The notes beneath the pieces were generated by a model that ran no database searches, was not told where the DNA came from, and saw only the letters and a program-made list of their open reading frames with translations. 64,000 bases of DNA. It comes from an uncultured Chloroflexia bacterium. Lineage in GTDB: Bacteria > Chloroflexota > Limnocylindria > Limnocylindrales > CSP1-4. The translations under genes were made by a program, and so were the position numbers. Below are positions 20,087 to 29,701 of the stretch, piece by piece (within the stretch, counting starts at the first letter, position 1; every line of letters starts with the position of its first letter). The stretch is taken from contig CAVVYR010000006.1 in the NCBI GenBank assembly GCA_963752475.1, positions 160,001 through 224,000 of the forward strand. Direction: 5' to 3'.

Positions 20087-21094
20087 CTAGGCTGCTCCCA
20101 CCGCGTCCTTGAAGGCCGGGATGACGTCTCGTCCGTAGGCCTCCAGCTGGGCCTCCTCGTCCCCGTTCATGAGGTAGACGTTGAACTGGTCGACGCCGGC
20201 TTCGTGCAGCTCGATGAGCCGGCGCACGTGCTCCTCGGGCGGGCCCACGATGCTGAAGCTGTCGGCGACCTCGTCGGAGACGAAGCGCGAGTTGTCCGAG
20301 CCGACCTCCGCGTGGTGGCGGTAGTCGTAGCCCTCGCGGTCGCGGATGTAGCCGATCAACGAGTCGGGTAGCTGCTCGCGGGGGTACTTGTTGACGAGGT
20401 CCACGACGTGGTTCGAGACGAGCGCCGGGAACCAGCGCACGCGCTCGCGGCACTCATCGATGGAGCCGACGTGCGCCGGCGCCGCCGCTTGCACCTTGAT
20501 CTCGGAGGGATCGCGCCCGACTTCGCTGGCGGCGCCACGCATGATGCCGATCATCCACTTGAGCAGGTTCACGTCGGCCAGCTGCAGGATGACGCCATCG
20601 GCGGTGCGGCCGGTCATGCCTAGCACCATCGGGCCGTAGCCGGCGATCCACACCGGTAGCGGGTCGCCCGGCGTCCAGGTCAGCTCCAGCTCGGTATCCA
20701 TGTAGGTCGCCTTGCGACCCTCGACGAGGTCCTTGATGATCTTGACCGCGTTGTCCAGCACGCGGGTCTTGACCGGGCCTTTGCCCAGCACGCGCTGAGC
20801 GCTGTCGCCACGGCCGATACCGAGGTCCATCCGCCCACCGCTGATCTCGTCGAGCGTGGCCAGCACGCTGGCGGTGACGGTGATGTCGCGCGTGGCGGGG
20901 TTGGTCACACAGGTGCCCAGGCGCATGCGCTCCGTGTTGATCGCCATCAGCGTGAGCAGGGGATACACGTCCTTCCACAGGATGTGCGAGTCGAAGAGCC
21001 AGCCGTAGCTGAAGCCGGCTGCCTCGGCCTGCTTGGTGAGGGCCACGGTGCGTTCGACGCTGTGTTCGGGCTTGAGGGTGAATCCGAAGTCCAT
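20087..21094 (-). CDS. LLM-class F420-dependent oxidoreductase (TIGR03842-like)
   Basis: MDFGFTLKP..WLFDSHILW..GTCVTNPATRD..GIGRGDS; co-occurs with hydA and nitrilase. Confidence 0.85.
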   Translation of the reverse strand: MDFGFTLKPEHSVERTVALTKQAEAAGFSYGWLFDSHILWKDVYPLLTLMAINTERMRLGTCVTNPATRDITVTASVLATLDEISGGRMDLGIGRGDSAQRVLGKGPVKTRVLDNAVKIIKDLVEGRKATYMDTELELTWTPGDPLPVWIAGYGPMVLGMTGRTADGVILQLADVNLLKWMIGIMRGAASEVGRDPSEIKVQAAAPAHVGSIDECRERVRWFPALVSNHVVDLVNKYPREQLPDSLIGYIRDREGYDYRHHAEVGSDNSRFVSDEVADSFSIVGPPEEHVRRLIELHEAGVDQFNVYLMNGDEEAQLEAYGRDVIPAFKDAVGAA

Positions 21095-22327
21095 GAGCGG
21101 GGAGCCTACACGCCCGGGGGCCCGAGCGCGAATTGCTTCCTCGAGTCCCACACATGCCCCTGGGTCGGTGCACCGGCCCAGGCACGGTCGCACGGCCTCC
21201 ACCGCCGGAGCGTGGGCCGGGTCGTCATATGGGCGTCGCGCCCACGGCAGGTAGAGCATGGCCAACATGATGGCCAACGTGAGGGGGCTGTAGGCAGGAG
21301 GGAGCCAGGACAAGGCCATGATCAGCAGGACCAGCGGGGTCCAGCGCTGGGCCAGCAACGCGAGTGGCAGCAGGAGAGTGATGAGGTAGTGCTCCCACAA
21401 CTGGCCCATGAGCAGCATCGAGGCGGCAAGCGTGATCATGTAGCCGAGTTCGCGATCACGTCGCAGGCTCGAGGCGACGATGCCCAAGCCGAGGACGAGA
21501 CTACCGAGCCGCAGCACCCCCAGCCAATCCTCGTCGATGCCGAGGTTCACGAGGGTGGCTCCGAGGTCACGGCTCTCCGACTCAGCGCCGGGCATGCGCA
21601 GGTTGAGTAGGACCGTGATGTAGTCGCGATAGCCCTCCACCCCGACCACGAGGGCGCTCAGGCCGACCAGGAGCAGGCCGCCGCCGATGGTCCATGCCGC
21701 CACAGCCCATCGTCGCCGCATCAACTGCCACACCAGGATCGCGCCGAGGCTGGGCCGGATGGAGATCGCGATGGCGACGGCGATAGAGCCGAGCGGTCGG
21801 TCGAGCCAGCGCCAGCCGAGCACGAGGGGCAGCAGCAACAACACGCCCACGTTCCCGAGGACGAAGTCGCGCACGACCCAGTAGGAGAACGTCGCCGCCA
21901 GGAACGTCAGTGCCCTCGTGCGCCGGCTCACCGGCATGAGCAGGCAAGCTGCGAAGAACGCGCCCATCCGGATCAGGTACCACAGTGAGACAGCGTCACC
22001 GATCTCCATCGCAGCTAGCGGCGCCAGCGCCACCCCGAACGGAGGGGCGTAGTAGAAGTAGCCGTACCCACCGGGTGTGAACGCGGTCCCCACGAGCTCG
22101 GCCGCATATAGCGAGCCATCCTCGATCAGTCGTGACGCCGCAGCAAGGTAGGCCTCGATGTCGAATCCCCAGTAGTCGCCGAGCACGGGTACTACGCTGC
22201 CGTCCACGACCTCGCCGTGTGGGTAGCTGAGGAACACGCGCGCTAGCCACAACAGGCCGATCGCGAACAGGCCCATGTCGACCGCCGCGTCGAGCAGGTG
22301 TCGGCGATCGGTCACGACCTTGTTCAC
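21095..22327 (-). CDS. GT87 / DUF2029 polytopic membrane glycosyltransferase, read in-frame into the LLM gene
   Basis: GFDIEAY, FYYAPPFG, LGNVG, LWEHYL, multiple TM helices. No stop before the LLM start, so the 3' end is uncertain. Confidence 0.7.
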
Positions 22328-23450
22328 GCCGCGGACTCCGCCCCGGACTCCGCGGCGGCCGATGCCTCCCCCAAGGGTTCCGGTCGCCCGGTTCGAGCGA
22401 TGAATGGCAGGAAGGTGGCTGTCATCGCGATCGCGGGATAGAGCACGGTCCACGACTCGTCGATGACCGGCAGCCAGGCGACGACGGGCAGGGCGATGGC
22501 CCAGGGTCGGCCGCGGTCCGCAAGGAGGGCCGCGGGCAGCACGAGCATGGATAGGTAGTGGTCCCAGAGCAGCGGGGAAAGAAGCAGCGAGGCTCCGGTC
22601 GTGACCATGAAGCCGACCTCGCTGGATCGGTCGCAGGCTCACCGGATGGCGACGATGGCGACCCCATAGCCGACCAACAGGGCCCCCGAAGCGGTGCCTG
22701 CGTCACGTCCACTCCAGGGCCACCGAGCCCAGGTCGTAGTTGTTCTCCACGCCGGTCAGATCGCTCAGGTTGCCGCAGCACCGTGATGTAGTCGAGGTAG
22801 CCGCCGATCCCCACGAAGGGCAACGACAGCACGACCGACCCGAGCGCCTGCCGATCGTCCACACAACCGCCCGCCAGCGACGACGGAGCGGTGCCAGATG
22901 AGCAGGATCCCAGGGGGGGGCGGATGGCCATGGCCATGGCCTGCCCACCGAGCCGGGGGGCTGTCCAGCCAGCGCCAGGCGATGACCAGCGGCAGCAGCA
23001 ACAGCACGCTCGCGTTGCCAAGCGCCATGTCTTGACCACGCCGAAGCTGAGCGCGGCCAAGCCGAACGTGGCGAGCCGAACCTGCGGGCGACCGGCATCA
23101 GCGCGCACGCTGCTGCCAGGGCCGCGACGTGGAGGCGGAACCAGGCCACATGCCGAGCTGTCGAAGTCAGCCGGTGGAAGGCGTCAAGGCGATCCCGAGC
23201 GGTGGCGTGTAATAGTAGAGCTCGAATGGACCCGGGCGGTACTCGGCCTACGGCGCTCGTCGGGATATAGCGTGCCGGTCTCGGTCAGTCGTTCGGCGGC
23301 GTTGACGTAGGACTGGTAGTCGTACCCCAGGCGGTCGACTGGGGTAGGAAGGCGTAGCCCAGCAGCAACCACAGTCCGCCGAGCGTGGCGAGGACGAGGC
23401 CGAGCAGGAGCGTGCGGTCGGGACCCGGGCGAGATCCGTTCGTCGGGCCT
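22324..23450 (-). pseudogene. Second GT87/DUF2029 paralog broken by multiple frameshifts
   Basis: Fragments in different frames: GYDYQSYVNAAERL, ALGNASVLLLLPLVIAWRWLD, GYLDYITVL, PLLWDHYL. Could be sequencing error. Confidence 0.7.
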
Positions 23451-23454
23451 CTCC

Positions 23455-24303
23455 CTACGGTCGGACGAGGTCCTCGTAGGCGTCGGGGCGGCGGTCACGG
23501 TAGAACTGCCATGTGTCGCGGACCTGCTTGACCATGTCCATGTCGAGGTCGCGCACGATGAGCTCCTCGTCGTGCGCATCGCCGATCTCGCCGAGGTACT
23601 GGCCCCGCGGGTCGCAGAAGTAGGACTGGCCGTAGAAGTCGTCGTCGCCCAGGGGTTCGATGCCCACGCGGTTGATGGTGCCCACGAAGTAGCCGTTGGC
23701 CACCGCATGCGAGCGCTGCTCGATGTGCCAGAGGTACTCCGACAGGCCCCGCGACGTGGCGCTGGGGATGAGCACGATCTCGGCACCGTTGAGGCCCAGG
23801 GCACGCGCGCCCTCGGGGAAGTGGCGGTCGTAGCAGATGTACATGCCGAACTTGGCGATGTCGGTCTCGAAGACCGGGTAGCCCATGTTGCCGGGGCGGA
23901 AGTAGAACTTCTCCCAGAAGCCCTGCACGTGGGGGATGTGGGTCTTGCGGTACTTGCCCAGGTACGTGCCGTCCGCGTCGATGATGGCCGAGGTGTTGTA
24001 GTAGATGCCCGAGGCCTTCTCGTCCTCCTCGTACATCGGCGCCACGATGACCATGCCCGTCTCCTTGGCCAGGTCCTGCATGCGCTGCGTGGTCGGGCCG
24101 TCGGGGATGAGCTCGGTGTACTCGTAGTACTTGGTGTCCTGCACCTGGCAGAAGTAGGGCCCGTAGAAGAGCTCCTGGAAGAGGATGAACTGCGCGCCAT
24201 CCTTGGCTGCCTGGTGAGCGTACTGCTCGTGCTTCTGGATCATCGACTCCTTGTCGCCCGTCCAGGTTGCCTGGACGAGGGCGCCGCGGACGATTCGGGT
24301 CAT
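23455..24303 (-). CDS. Nitrilase-family C-N hydrolase, probable beta-ureidopropionase
   Basis: FQELFYGPYFC, KYRKTHIP, FWEKFYF, ICYDRHFPE (E-K-C triad). Confidence 0.88.
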   Translation of the reverse strand: MTRIVRGALVQATWTGDKESMIQKHEQYAHQAAKDGAQFILFQELFYGPYFCQVQDTKYYEYTELIPDGPTTQRMQDLAKETGMVIVAPMYEEDEKASGIYYNTSAIIDADGTYLGKYRKTHIPHVQGFWEKFYFRPGNMGYPVFETDIAKFGMYICYDRHFPEGARALGLNGAEIVLIPSATSRGLSEYLWHIEQRSHAVANGYFVGTINRVGIEPLGDDDFYGQSYFCDPRGQYLGEIGDAHDEELIVRDLDMDMVKQVRDTWQFYRDRRPDAYEDLVRP

Positions 24304-24523
24304 GGGGCAGCCTCCAGCGGTGTCGTTCCTTCTGAGTCGAACGAGCGTACACCGCGATCCCAAGCGTTCGCGCGGTGAGGAAGGCGGAGAGGATGGCAGG
24401 CCTCCGGTCGTTTCGGTGACGGTTGGGTCGCCGACCGGTCGCTCGCGGCAGCAAGGGCACGGTCAGTCGGCCGTGTGCTGACGATGCCCCTCCCGCTGGG
24501 CGGCACGCGACCGCCCGATGGTC

Positions 24524-26104
24524 CTAGCGCAGGACGAGGAAACCGTTGAAGTCCACGCGCTTGGACGAGCCGATGGGCTTGATCGCGATGGAGTGCCTGC
24601 CTGGCTTGGCCCAGTTCTTGGCGAAGACGATCTTGCGCGGCGTGTTCTTGGGCCGATCGAGGTTGACGACGCCGGCGGACTTGCCGTTGACGAAGACCTT
24701 GACCTTGCCCATCCCGGGCCCGGTGCGCATGACCACGGCCACGGACCGCCCCTTGAATCGGGTCTTGACCTTCTTGTGCTGGGCCGCGGCGGTCTTGACG
24801 TTGCCGGCGAGCGTGACCCCGGCTGGGCCGCGCACCACGACACGTCGCGCCGGGGTGTAGGACCAAGGCCCCCAGTTGCCCTTGTTGTCCTGCGCGCGCA
24901 CGCGGAAGCGGGACTTGCCGTTGAGCTTGACCCACGCATCCGTCGAGGGAGCGCGGGGCCTGGCCAGCCTGACCGACTTCCAGGTTCCGCCGGCGATCTT
25001 GCGCTGCACCTGATAATGCTTCACGCCAGCGCCACGAGCCCTGGGCTTCCAGGACACGGTGGCGGCACCGACGGCGACGTCATTGCCGACCTTGAGCGCG
25101 ATCCTGGGCTTGGTCACGTTGGGTCCGGTCGACATGGACCACACGAACCCGAGGTTGGGCTTGAGGTAGGCCTTGAGGATCCGCTGGAACGTCCAGCCCT
25201 GCTGGGCACAGGCTTCCACGCTCTTGGCGTAGAGCTTCCAGCCGTTGGCGTCGGCGGCACAGCTGCCGGAGATGCCGGCCCGGTAGCCGGTCAGGAAGAA
25301 CTTGCCGTTCTTGCGCAGCGACAGGCCCCAGGTCTTGTCGACGGCCTTCTGCAGGCGCGCATCCGGCTTGACGTAGTGCTTGTACAGCTGATCGCTGGTG
25401 TCATCGAGGACGTCGTAGCACCTGCCGTTGTAGACCATGTGCGAGCGGTGGTTGCCCTCCATGGCGTGATACCAGGCGTACTGCTTGGTGAAGAGCGCAC
25501 CCGCCTCGAGCGTGGCCATCTTCAGGCGACTGGGCCACTCACCCGAAGCCATGACTCTCTTGACGTAGGTACGGAAGGGCACCTTCTCCACCTTGCCCAG
25601 GCGGCGGTTCAGCACCTTGATGCTGCGCGGCGGGGTGGTGATGCTCGTCCAGCCCGTGCAGGACGAGCCGGCTGCGACTGGCTCCGGGCTCACGACCTGC
25701 GGCACCGCCAGCACGGAGAGGGCGAAGATCGCGCCGAGCATGGAGCGGAGGACGGTGCTGCGGGTGCTGGAGCGGTCGGCTCTGAGGGGCGCCGAGCGGG
25801 CGCGATCGGATGGGTCAGGCAATCTATGCCTCCTGTGGGTCGCGCACGAACGCTGGGGCGAACGAGGGCGACGGTGCCGCACAGCGGAGGGCATGAGAAG
25901 GACGGGCCGGTTCTGGGTTCCGGACCGGGTGCGAGCACGTTGGGCACGTGTCGCGGAGGTCGGGCCTGTCGGGACACCTGGGGATGCCTCGGGGGGACTC
26001 GACGATCGACGCGATCGGTCACGGCTGACCGTGTGCGTCAGGCCCTGCCGCTGGGACGGCGGGTCTTGAGTTTTGAGCCTCGGTTGGCTTGGGCTTGTGG
26101 CCAC
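24524..26104 (-). CDS. Secreted SpoIID/LytB-domain protein with FN3-like and beta-sandwich C-terminus
   Basis: YVKRVMASGEW..LEAGA..KQYAWY, YDVLDDTSDQLY, ILKAY. Real start probably near 25742-25895, not 26104. Confidence 0.7.
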   Translation of the reverse strand: MATSPSQPRLKTQDPPSQRQGLTHTVSRDRSRRSSSPPEASPGVPTGPTSATRAQRARTRSGTQNRPVLLMPSAVRHRRPRSPQRSCATHRRHRLPDPSDRARSAPLRADRSSTRSTVLRSMLGAIFALSVLAVPQVVSPEPVAAGSSCTGWTSITTPPRSIKVLNRRLGKVEKVPFRTYVKRVMASGEWPSRLKMATLEAGALFTKQYAWYHAMEGNHRSHMVYNGRCYDVLDDTSDQLYKHYVKPDARLQKAVDKTWGLSLRKNGKFFLTGYRAGISGSCAADANGWKLYAKSVEACAQQGWTFQRILKAYLKPNLGFVWSMSTGPNVTKPRIALKVGNDVAVGAATVSWKPRARGAGVKHYQVQRKIAGGTWKSVRLARPRAPSTDAWVKLNGKSRFRVRAQDNKGNWGPWSYTPARRVVVRGPAGVTLAGNVKTAAAQHKKVKTRFKGRSVAVVMRTGPGMGKVKVFVNGKSAGVVNLDRPKNTPRKIVFAKNWAKPGRHSIAIKPIGSSKRVDFNGFLVLR

Positions 26105-26160
26105 AGCCTATCAGGGCGTCAGCCCCGTTGCAGACCCGCTATCGCACGGTTGGGGCTGAG

Positions 26161-26169
26161 TTATCCACA
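26161..26169 (+). promoter_or_regulatory. Perfect DnaA box TTATCCACA
   Basis: Exact consensus 9-mer in the intergenic region upstream of the SpoIID/LytB gene; single copy. Confidence 0.4.
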
Positions 26170-26251
26170 GAATCGAAGACCGGGCCGCGACTTATGCGGC
26201 CCGGTCGGAAGTGCGATGTGGCCGCGTCTTGCGGCCTCTCAAGGTGCGGGA

Positions 26252-26809
26252 TCAGTCCTCGCGAGTGCGGAAGACCTGCCAGGCACCGACGAAGGCAGCC
26301 ACACCGGCGGCCCAGTAGAGCAGGCGGCCGATGAGGTGCATGAAGTCGGTCGAGTTCCCACCAAGGCGGGCCCAGCCGAGCAAGCTCATGAGGGCGAACA
26401 ACGCCAGCGATACGCCGAGCGCGCCGACGATGATCCGATAGGCCGTGCCGAAGTCGTAGTGACCCCAGCGATGGATCCAGATCGCCAGCACCGTGAGAAC
26501 GGAGACGACGACGACGAAGTTGTCGACGAAGATCCGATAGTCGAGCAGGAACTGCCAGATCAGGTAGACGGCGACGATGCCGCCCGCGGCGCCGAGCACG
26601 AACTGCTCCCCGGCGATCAGCTTCGCGCGGACATCACTGATCGCGGCCGTGGCCGCGGCCGTGGCTTGCGCCGTCTGTGATGGACCCGTCGATGCGGGCT
26701 CAGGCGCCGATGGCTCGGTGGGGGTCTTGGGAGTCTTGGGGGTCTTCGCGGCCTTCGTGGCCTTCGGAGTCTCGGGTGTCTCGGGAGTCTCGTTGTTCGG
26801 TCCGGACAT
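26252..26809 (-). CDS. Hypothetical 4-TM membrane protein with ETP/KTP tripeptide repeats
   Basis: RBS-like AGGAGG upstream; 9-bp repeats at the N-terminus; four hydrophobic segments. Confidence 0.7.
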   Translation of the reverse strand: MSGPNNETPETPETPKATKAAKTPKTPKTPTEPSAPEPASTGPSQTAQATAAATAAISDVRAKLIAGEQFVLGAAGGIVAVYLIWQFLLDYRIFVDNFVVVVSVLTVLAIWIHRWGHYDFGTAYRIIVGALGVSLALFALMSLLGWARLGGNSTDFMHLIGRLLYWAAGVAAFVGAWQVFRTRED

Positions 26810-27150
26810 TCAGGTCCCTCCTACATGACAGGCGTCGTCCCTGTGTGACAGGCGCCGGCGCGACTGTAACGCCTGCCGATCGCTCGGGTGTCAGTATCGC
26901 GCAGTCGGTGGCTGTCCCTCAAGCCCATATCGGTGCCGTTGTGGTGCCGGCACGCCTCCAGCCGCAGAACGGTGCGGTCCACAGCCGGGGGATTGTGGGT
27001 GGGTGCGGGTCGGTGCTCCCCGTACCTCCGAGCCATCTCCCCCGGCGCCGAGATGACGATGCCCACGAGCGCGGCGCGGCCCTAGCCTCTCGGTAGCGCC
27101 GGATCGCTCAGGCAGGCGAGCGACCGGCGCCTTCCCCCTCTTGCCCGACC

Positions 27151-27966
27151 GTGCGTCAGACTGCGCTCGTGCGCGCGCTATCCCTGCTCCTCGTGGCCCT
27201 GCTCGTCCCTTCGGCCGTGGCTGCCGATGACGTCCCCTCTGCGGAGACTGCGGCGACCCCCGCGGCAGCGCCGTTGCTGGAGTGGGAGGTGGTGTCCCGT
27301 CGGCCCCACGACGAGTCGGCGTTCACCCAGGGCCTGCTGCTCGATGACGACGGACGGATGTTCGAGTCGACCGGCCTGTACGGCGGATCCAGCCTGCGTG
27401 AGGTCGACCCGCTCAGCGGCGAGGTCCTGCGCCGCGTAGCCGTGCCCGACGACTCGTTTGCCGAGGGGCTGGCGTTGGTCGAGGACGACCTCATCCAGCT
27501 GACCTGGCGCGCTGGTCTGGCGCGTCGCTACAGCCGCGATGGCCTCATGCTCATCGGGTCGCATGCCTACGACGGTGAGGGCTGGGGCCTGTGCCACGAC
27601 GGCGAGCGCCTGGTCATGAGTGACGGCAGCGACACGCTCACGTTCCGCGATCCAATGACCTTCGCGCGGCTCGGGTCGGTGACGGTGACCGTCCTCGGCG
27701 AGTCGCTCGCTGCGCTCAACGAGCTCGAGTGCGTGGAAGGCGCCGTCTGGGCCAACGTCTGGCAGACCGACGCCATCGTGCGCATCGACCCCGCCGACGG
27801 ACGCGTCACCGGCGTGCTCGACCTGGCCGGGATCGTCGAGCCCGATCCCGCCGCGAGCGACCCCTCGGCCGTGCTCAACGGCATCGCTCACGACGCAGAG
27901 GCCGGGACCTTCCTCGTGACGGGCAAGCGCTGGCCCGAGCTGGTCGAGATCCGCATCCTGGAGTAG
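27151..27966 (+). CDS. Glutaminyl-peptide cyclotransferase (type I, beta-propeller)
   Basis: PHDESAFTQGL, ESTGLYG, EGWGL, SDGS, LNELE, ANVW, VLNGIA, VTGKRW. Confidence 0.92.
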   Translation: MRQTALVRALSLLLVALLVPSAVAADDVPSAETAATPAAAPLLEWEVVSRRPHDESAFTQGLLLDDDGRMFESTGLYGGSSLREVDPLSGEVLRRVAVPDDSFAEGLALVEDDLIQLTWRAGLARRYSRDGLMLIGSHAYDGEGWGLCHDGERLVMSDGSDTLTFRDPMTFARLGSVTVTVLGESLAALNELECVEGAVWANVWQTDAIVRIDPADGRVTGVLDLAGIVEPDPAASDPSAVLNGIAHDAEAGTFLVTGKRWPELVEIRILE

Positions 27967-27978
27967 TCGCCGGCGCCG

Positions 27979-28884
27979 CTAGAAGCCCGGCACCCCGGCG
28001 AGCGCGAGCTCATCGAGCAGGTGGTCGACCGTGCGTGCCTCCTGCGCGTCGAGCGTTCGCGCCGGGGCCCGCAGCACCTCCGTGGAGAAGACCCCGCTGC
28101 GGCGCAGATGCCGTTTGGCCGTGAGCAGCAGGAGTTCGAGCGAAGCCGTGGCCAGCGAGAGATACGGCAGGATCCGGCGATAGCGGTCCCGGGCCTGCTC
28201 CGTGTCGCCGGCACGTGCGGCATCGTCGATGGCCTTGATGGCCGGACCCAGGTCGCAGCCGGGGAAGCAGCCGACGGCGCCGCGTGCGATCTGCTCGAGG
28301 TAGTTCAGCCCGCCCCAGCCGGCGACCAGCTCCAGGCCGGCCGCGTGGATGGCGCTGGCCTTGGCGCCGGCGCCTGGGATCTCCGACTTCACGGCCAGCA
28401 CCGAGGGCTCGGCCTCGCGCATGCGGGCAAGGGTCTCGACGTCGAGCCGCACGCCGGTGACCTGGGGTGAGTCCTGCACCATCACCGGCAGTCCGGCGGC
28501 GCCGGCCACGGCCGCATAGTGTGCGATCAGCTGGTCGGGCGTGGTGGCCTGCCTGGGCGGCAGCACCATGAGGCCCGCCGCGCCTGCCGTGGCAGCCCGA
28601 CGTGCGCGATCCACCGCGACCGCGGTCGTGCCATCGAGACCTACCACGAGGGGTGCGCGACCGGCGCAGGCCTCGGCCGCGATGGCCACGACCCGATCCC
28701 GCTCGGGCTCGGTCAGGCTCCACGCCTCGGACGCCAGCTGGGGCACGGCCAGCCCGTCGACACCGAGGTCGAGCATGCGCTCGGCCAGCGCTGCCAGCTC
28801 ATCCTCGAGGACGGGCTGCTCTGGCGACTCGGCGAACGGGATGTGCAAGACCGGCCGGACACCTTCGAAGGTCATCGTCACCAT
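27979..28884 (-). CDS. Dihydrodipicolinate synthase / class I aldolase family protein
   Basis: DapA-like TIM barrel, LASEAWSLT, VQDSP, AVKSE. Confidence 0.8.
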   Translation of the reverse strand: MVTMTFEGVRPVLHIPFAESPEQPVLEDELAALAERMLDLGVDGLAVPQLASEAWSLTEPERDRVVAIAAEACAGRAPLVVGLDGTTAVAVDRARRAATAGAAGLMVLPPRQATTPDQLIAHYAAVAGAAGLPVMVQDSPQVTGVRLDVETLARMREAEPSVLAVKSEIPGAGAKASAIHAAGLELVAGWGGLNYLEQIARGAVGCFPGCDLGPAIKAIDDAARAGDTEQARDRYRRILPYLSLATASLELLLLTAKRHLRRSGVFSTEVLRAPARTLDAQEARTVDHLLDELALAGVPGF

Positions 28885-28971
28885 GATGCCCCGCTGTGCC
28901 CCCGGCTGCTCACTCGGCCTGGCCTCGGTCAGGCATCATCAGGGCATGAGCAAAGCTACTCGTGTCCCGGC

Positions 28972-29691
28972 ATGAAGCCGCTCGTCGCGATCACCGGAGC
29001 CAGCTCGGGGATCGGTGCGGCCATCGCTCGGCAGTTCGCCGCATCCGGCCATCCTCTGCTGTTGATGGCGCGCCGTCTTGAGCGCCTGCAGGCGCTCGCG
29101 CTGCCGAACGCCATCTGCGAGCGCATCGATGTCACCGAGCGCGGCGCGGTCCGCGCGGCCATCGAACGAGCCGAGGCAGACCACGGACCGGTCGACTGTC
29201 TGGTCAACAACGCGGGCACGATGATGCTCGGGCCGCTCGAGACACAGGACCCTGGCGAGTGGGAGCGCATGCTCGAACTCAACGTGCTGGCACTGCTCGA
29301 GTCCATGGCCGCGGTCCTGGGGCCGATGCGTGAGCGCGGCGCGGGCACGATCATCAACATGAGCTCCACCTCGGGCCGCAAGGCCTTCCCTGACCACGCC
29401 GGATATACCGGTACGAAGTTCGCCGTCTCCGGCATCACCGAGAACGTACGCGAGGACGTGGCTGCCGATGGGGTGCGCGTCATCAGCATCTGCCCGGGTG
29501 CCACGAGCACCGAGATCATGGGCCACACCGCCTCGGACACCATCCGCGAGGGCTACGCCGCATGGCGCGATGAGATCGGTGGGGTGATGAACCCCGAGGA
29601 CGTTGCTCGCGCCGTGCTCTTCGCCTACCAACAGCCCCCGCACGTGTGCGTGCGAGAGATCGTCCTGGCGCCCACGCGCCAGGAGAGATAG
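28972..29691 (+). CDS. SDR oxidoreductase
   Basis: TGASSGIG, NNAG, YTGTK. Confidence 0.88.
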   Translation: MKPLVAITGASSGIGAAIARQFAASGHPLLLMARRLERLQALALPNAICERIDVTERGAVRAAIERAEADHGPVDCLVNNAGTMMLGPLETQDPGEWERMLELNVLALLESMAAVLGPMRERGAGTIINMSSTSGRKAFPDHAGYTGTKFAVSGITENVREDVAADGVRVISICPGATSTEIMGHTASDTIREGYAAWRDEIGGVMNPEDVARAVLFAYQQPPHVCVREIVLAPTRQER

Positions 29692-29701
29692 CGAGCGACC
29701 G

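Noticed and set aside
25900-26110. c-di-AMP (ydaO) or c-di-GMP riboswitch before the SpoIID/LytB gene
   Set aside because: Hallmark motifs (GCTGAATCC..GGGGGACCC; GGCAAA..GACGCAAA) were not found on the minus strand.
26161-26169. Replication origin
   Set aside because: Only one perfect DnaA box, no AT-rich unwinding element, no dnaA/dnaN.
27096-27130. Intrinsic terminator hairpin before the glutaminyl cyclase gene
   Set aside because: A GC stem is present but has no convincing U-tract, and no gene ends there.
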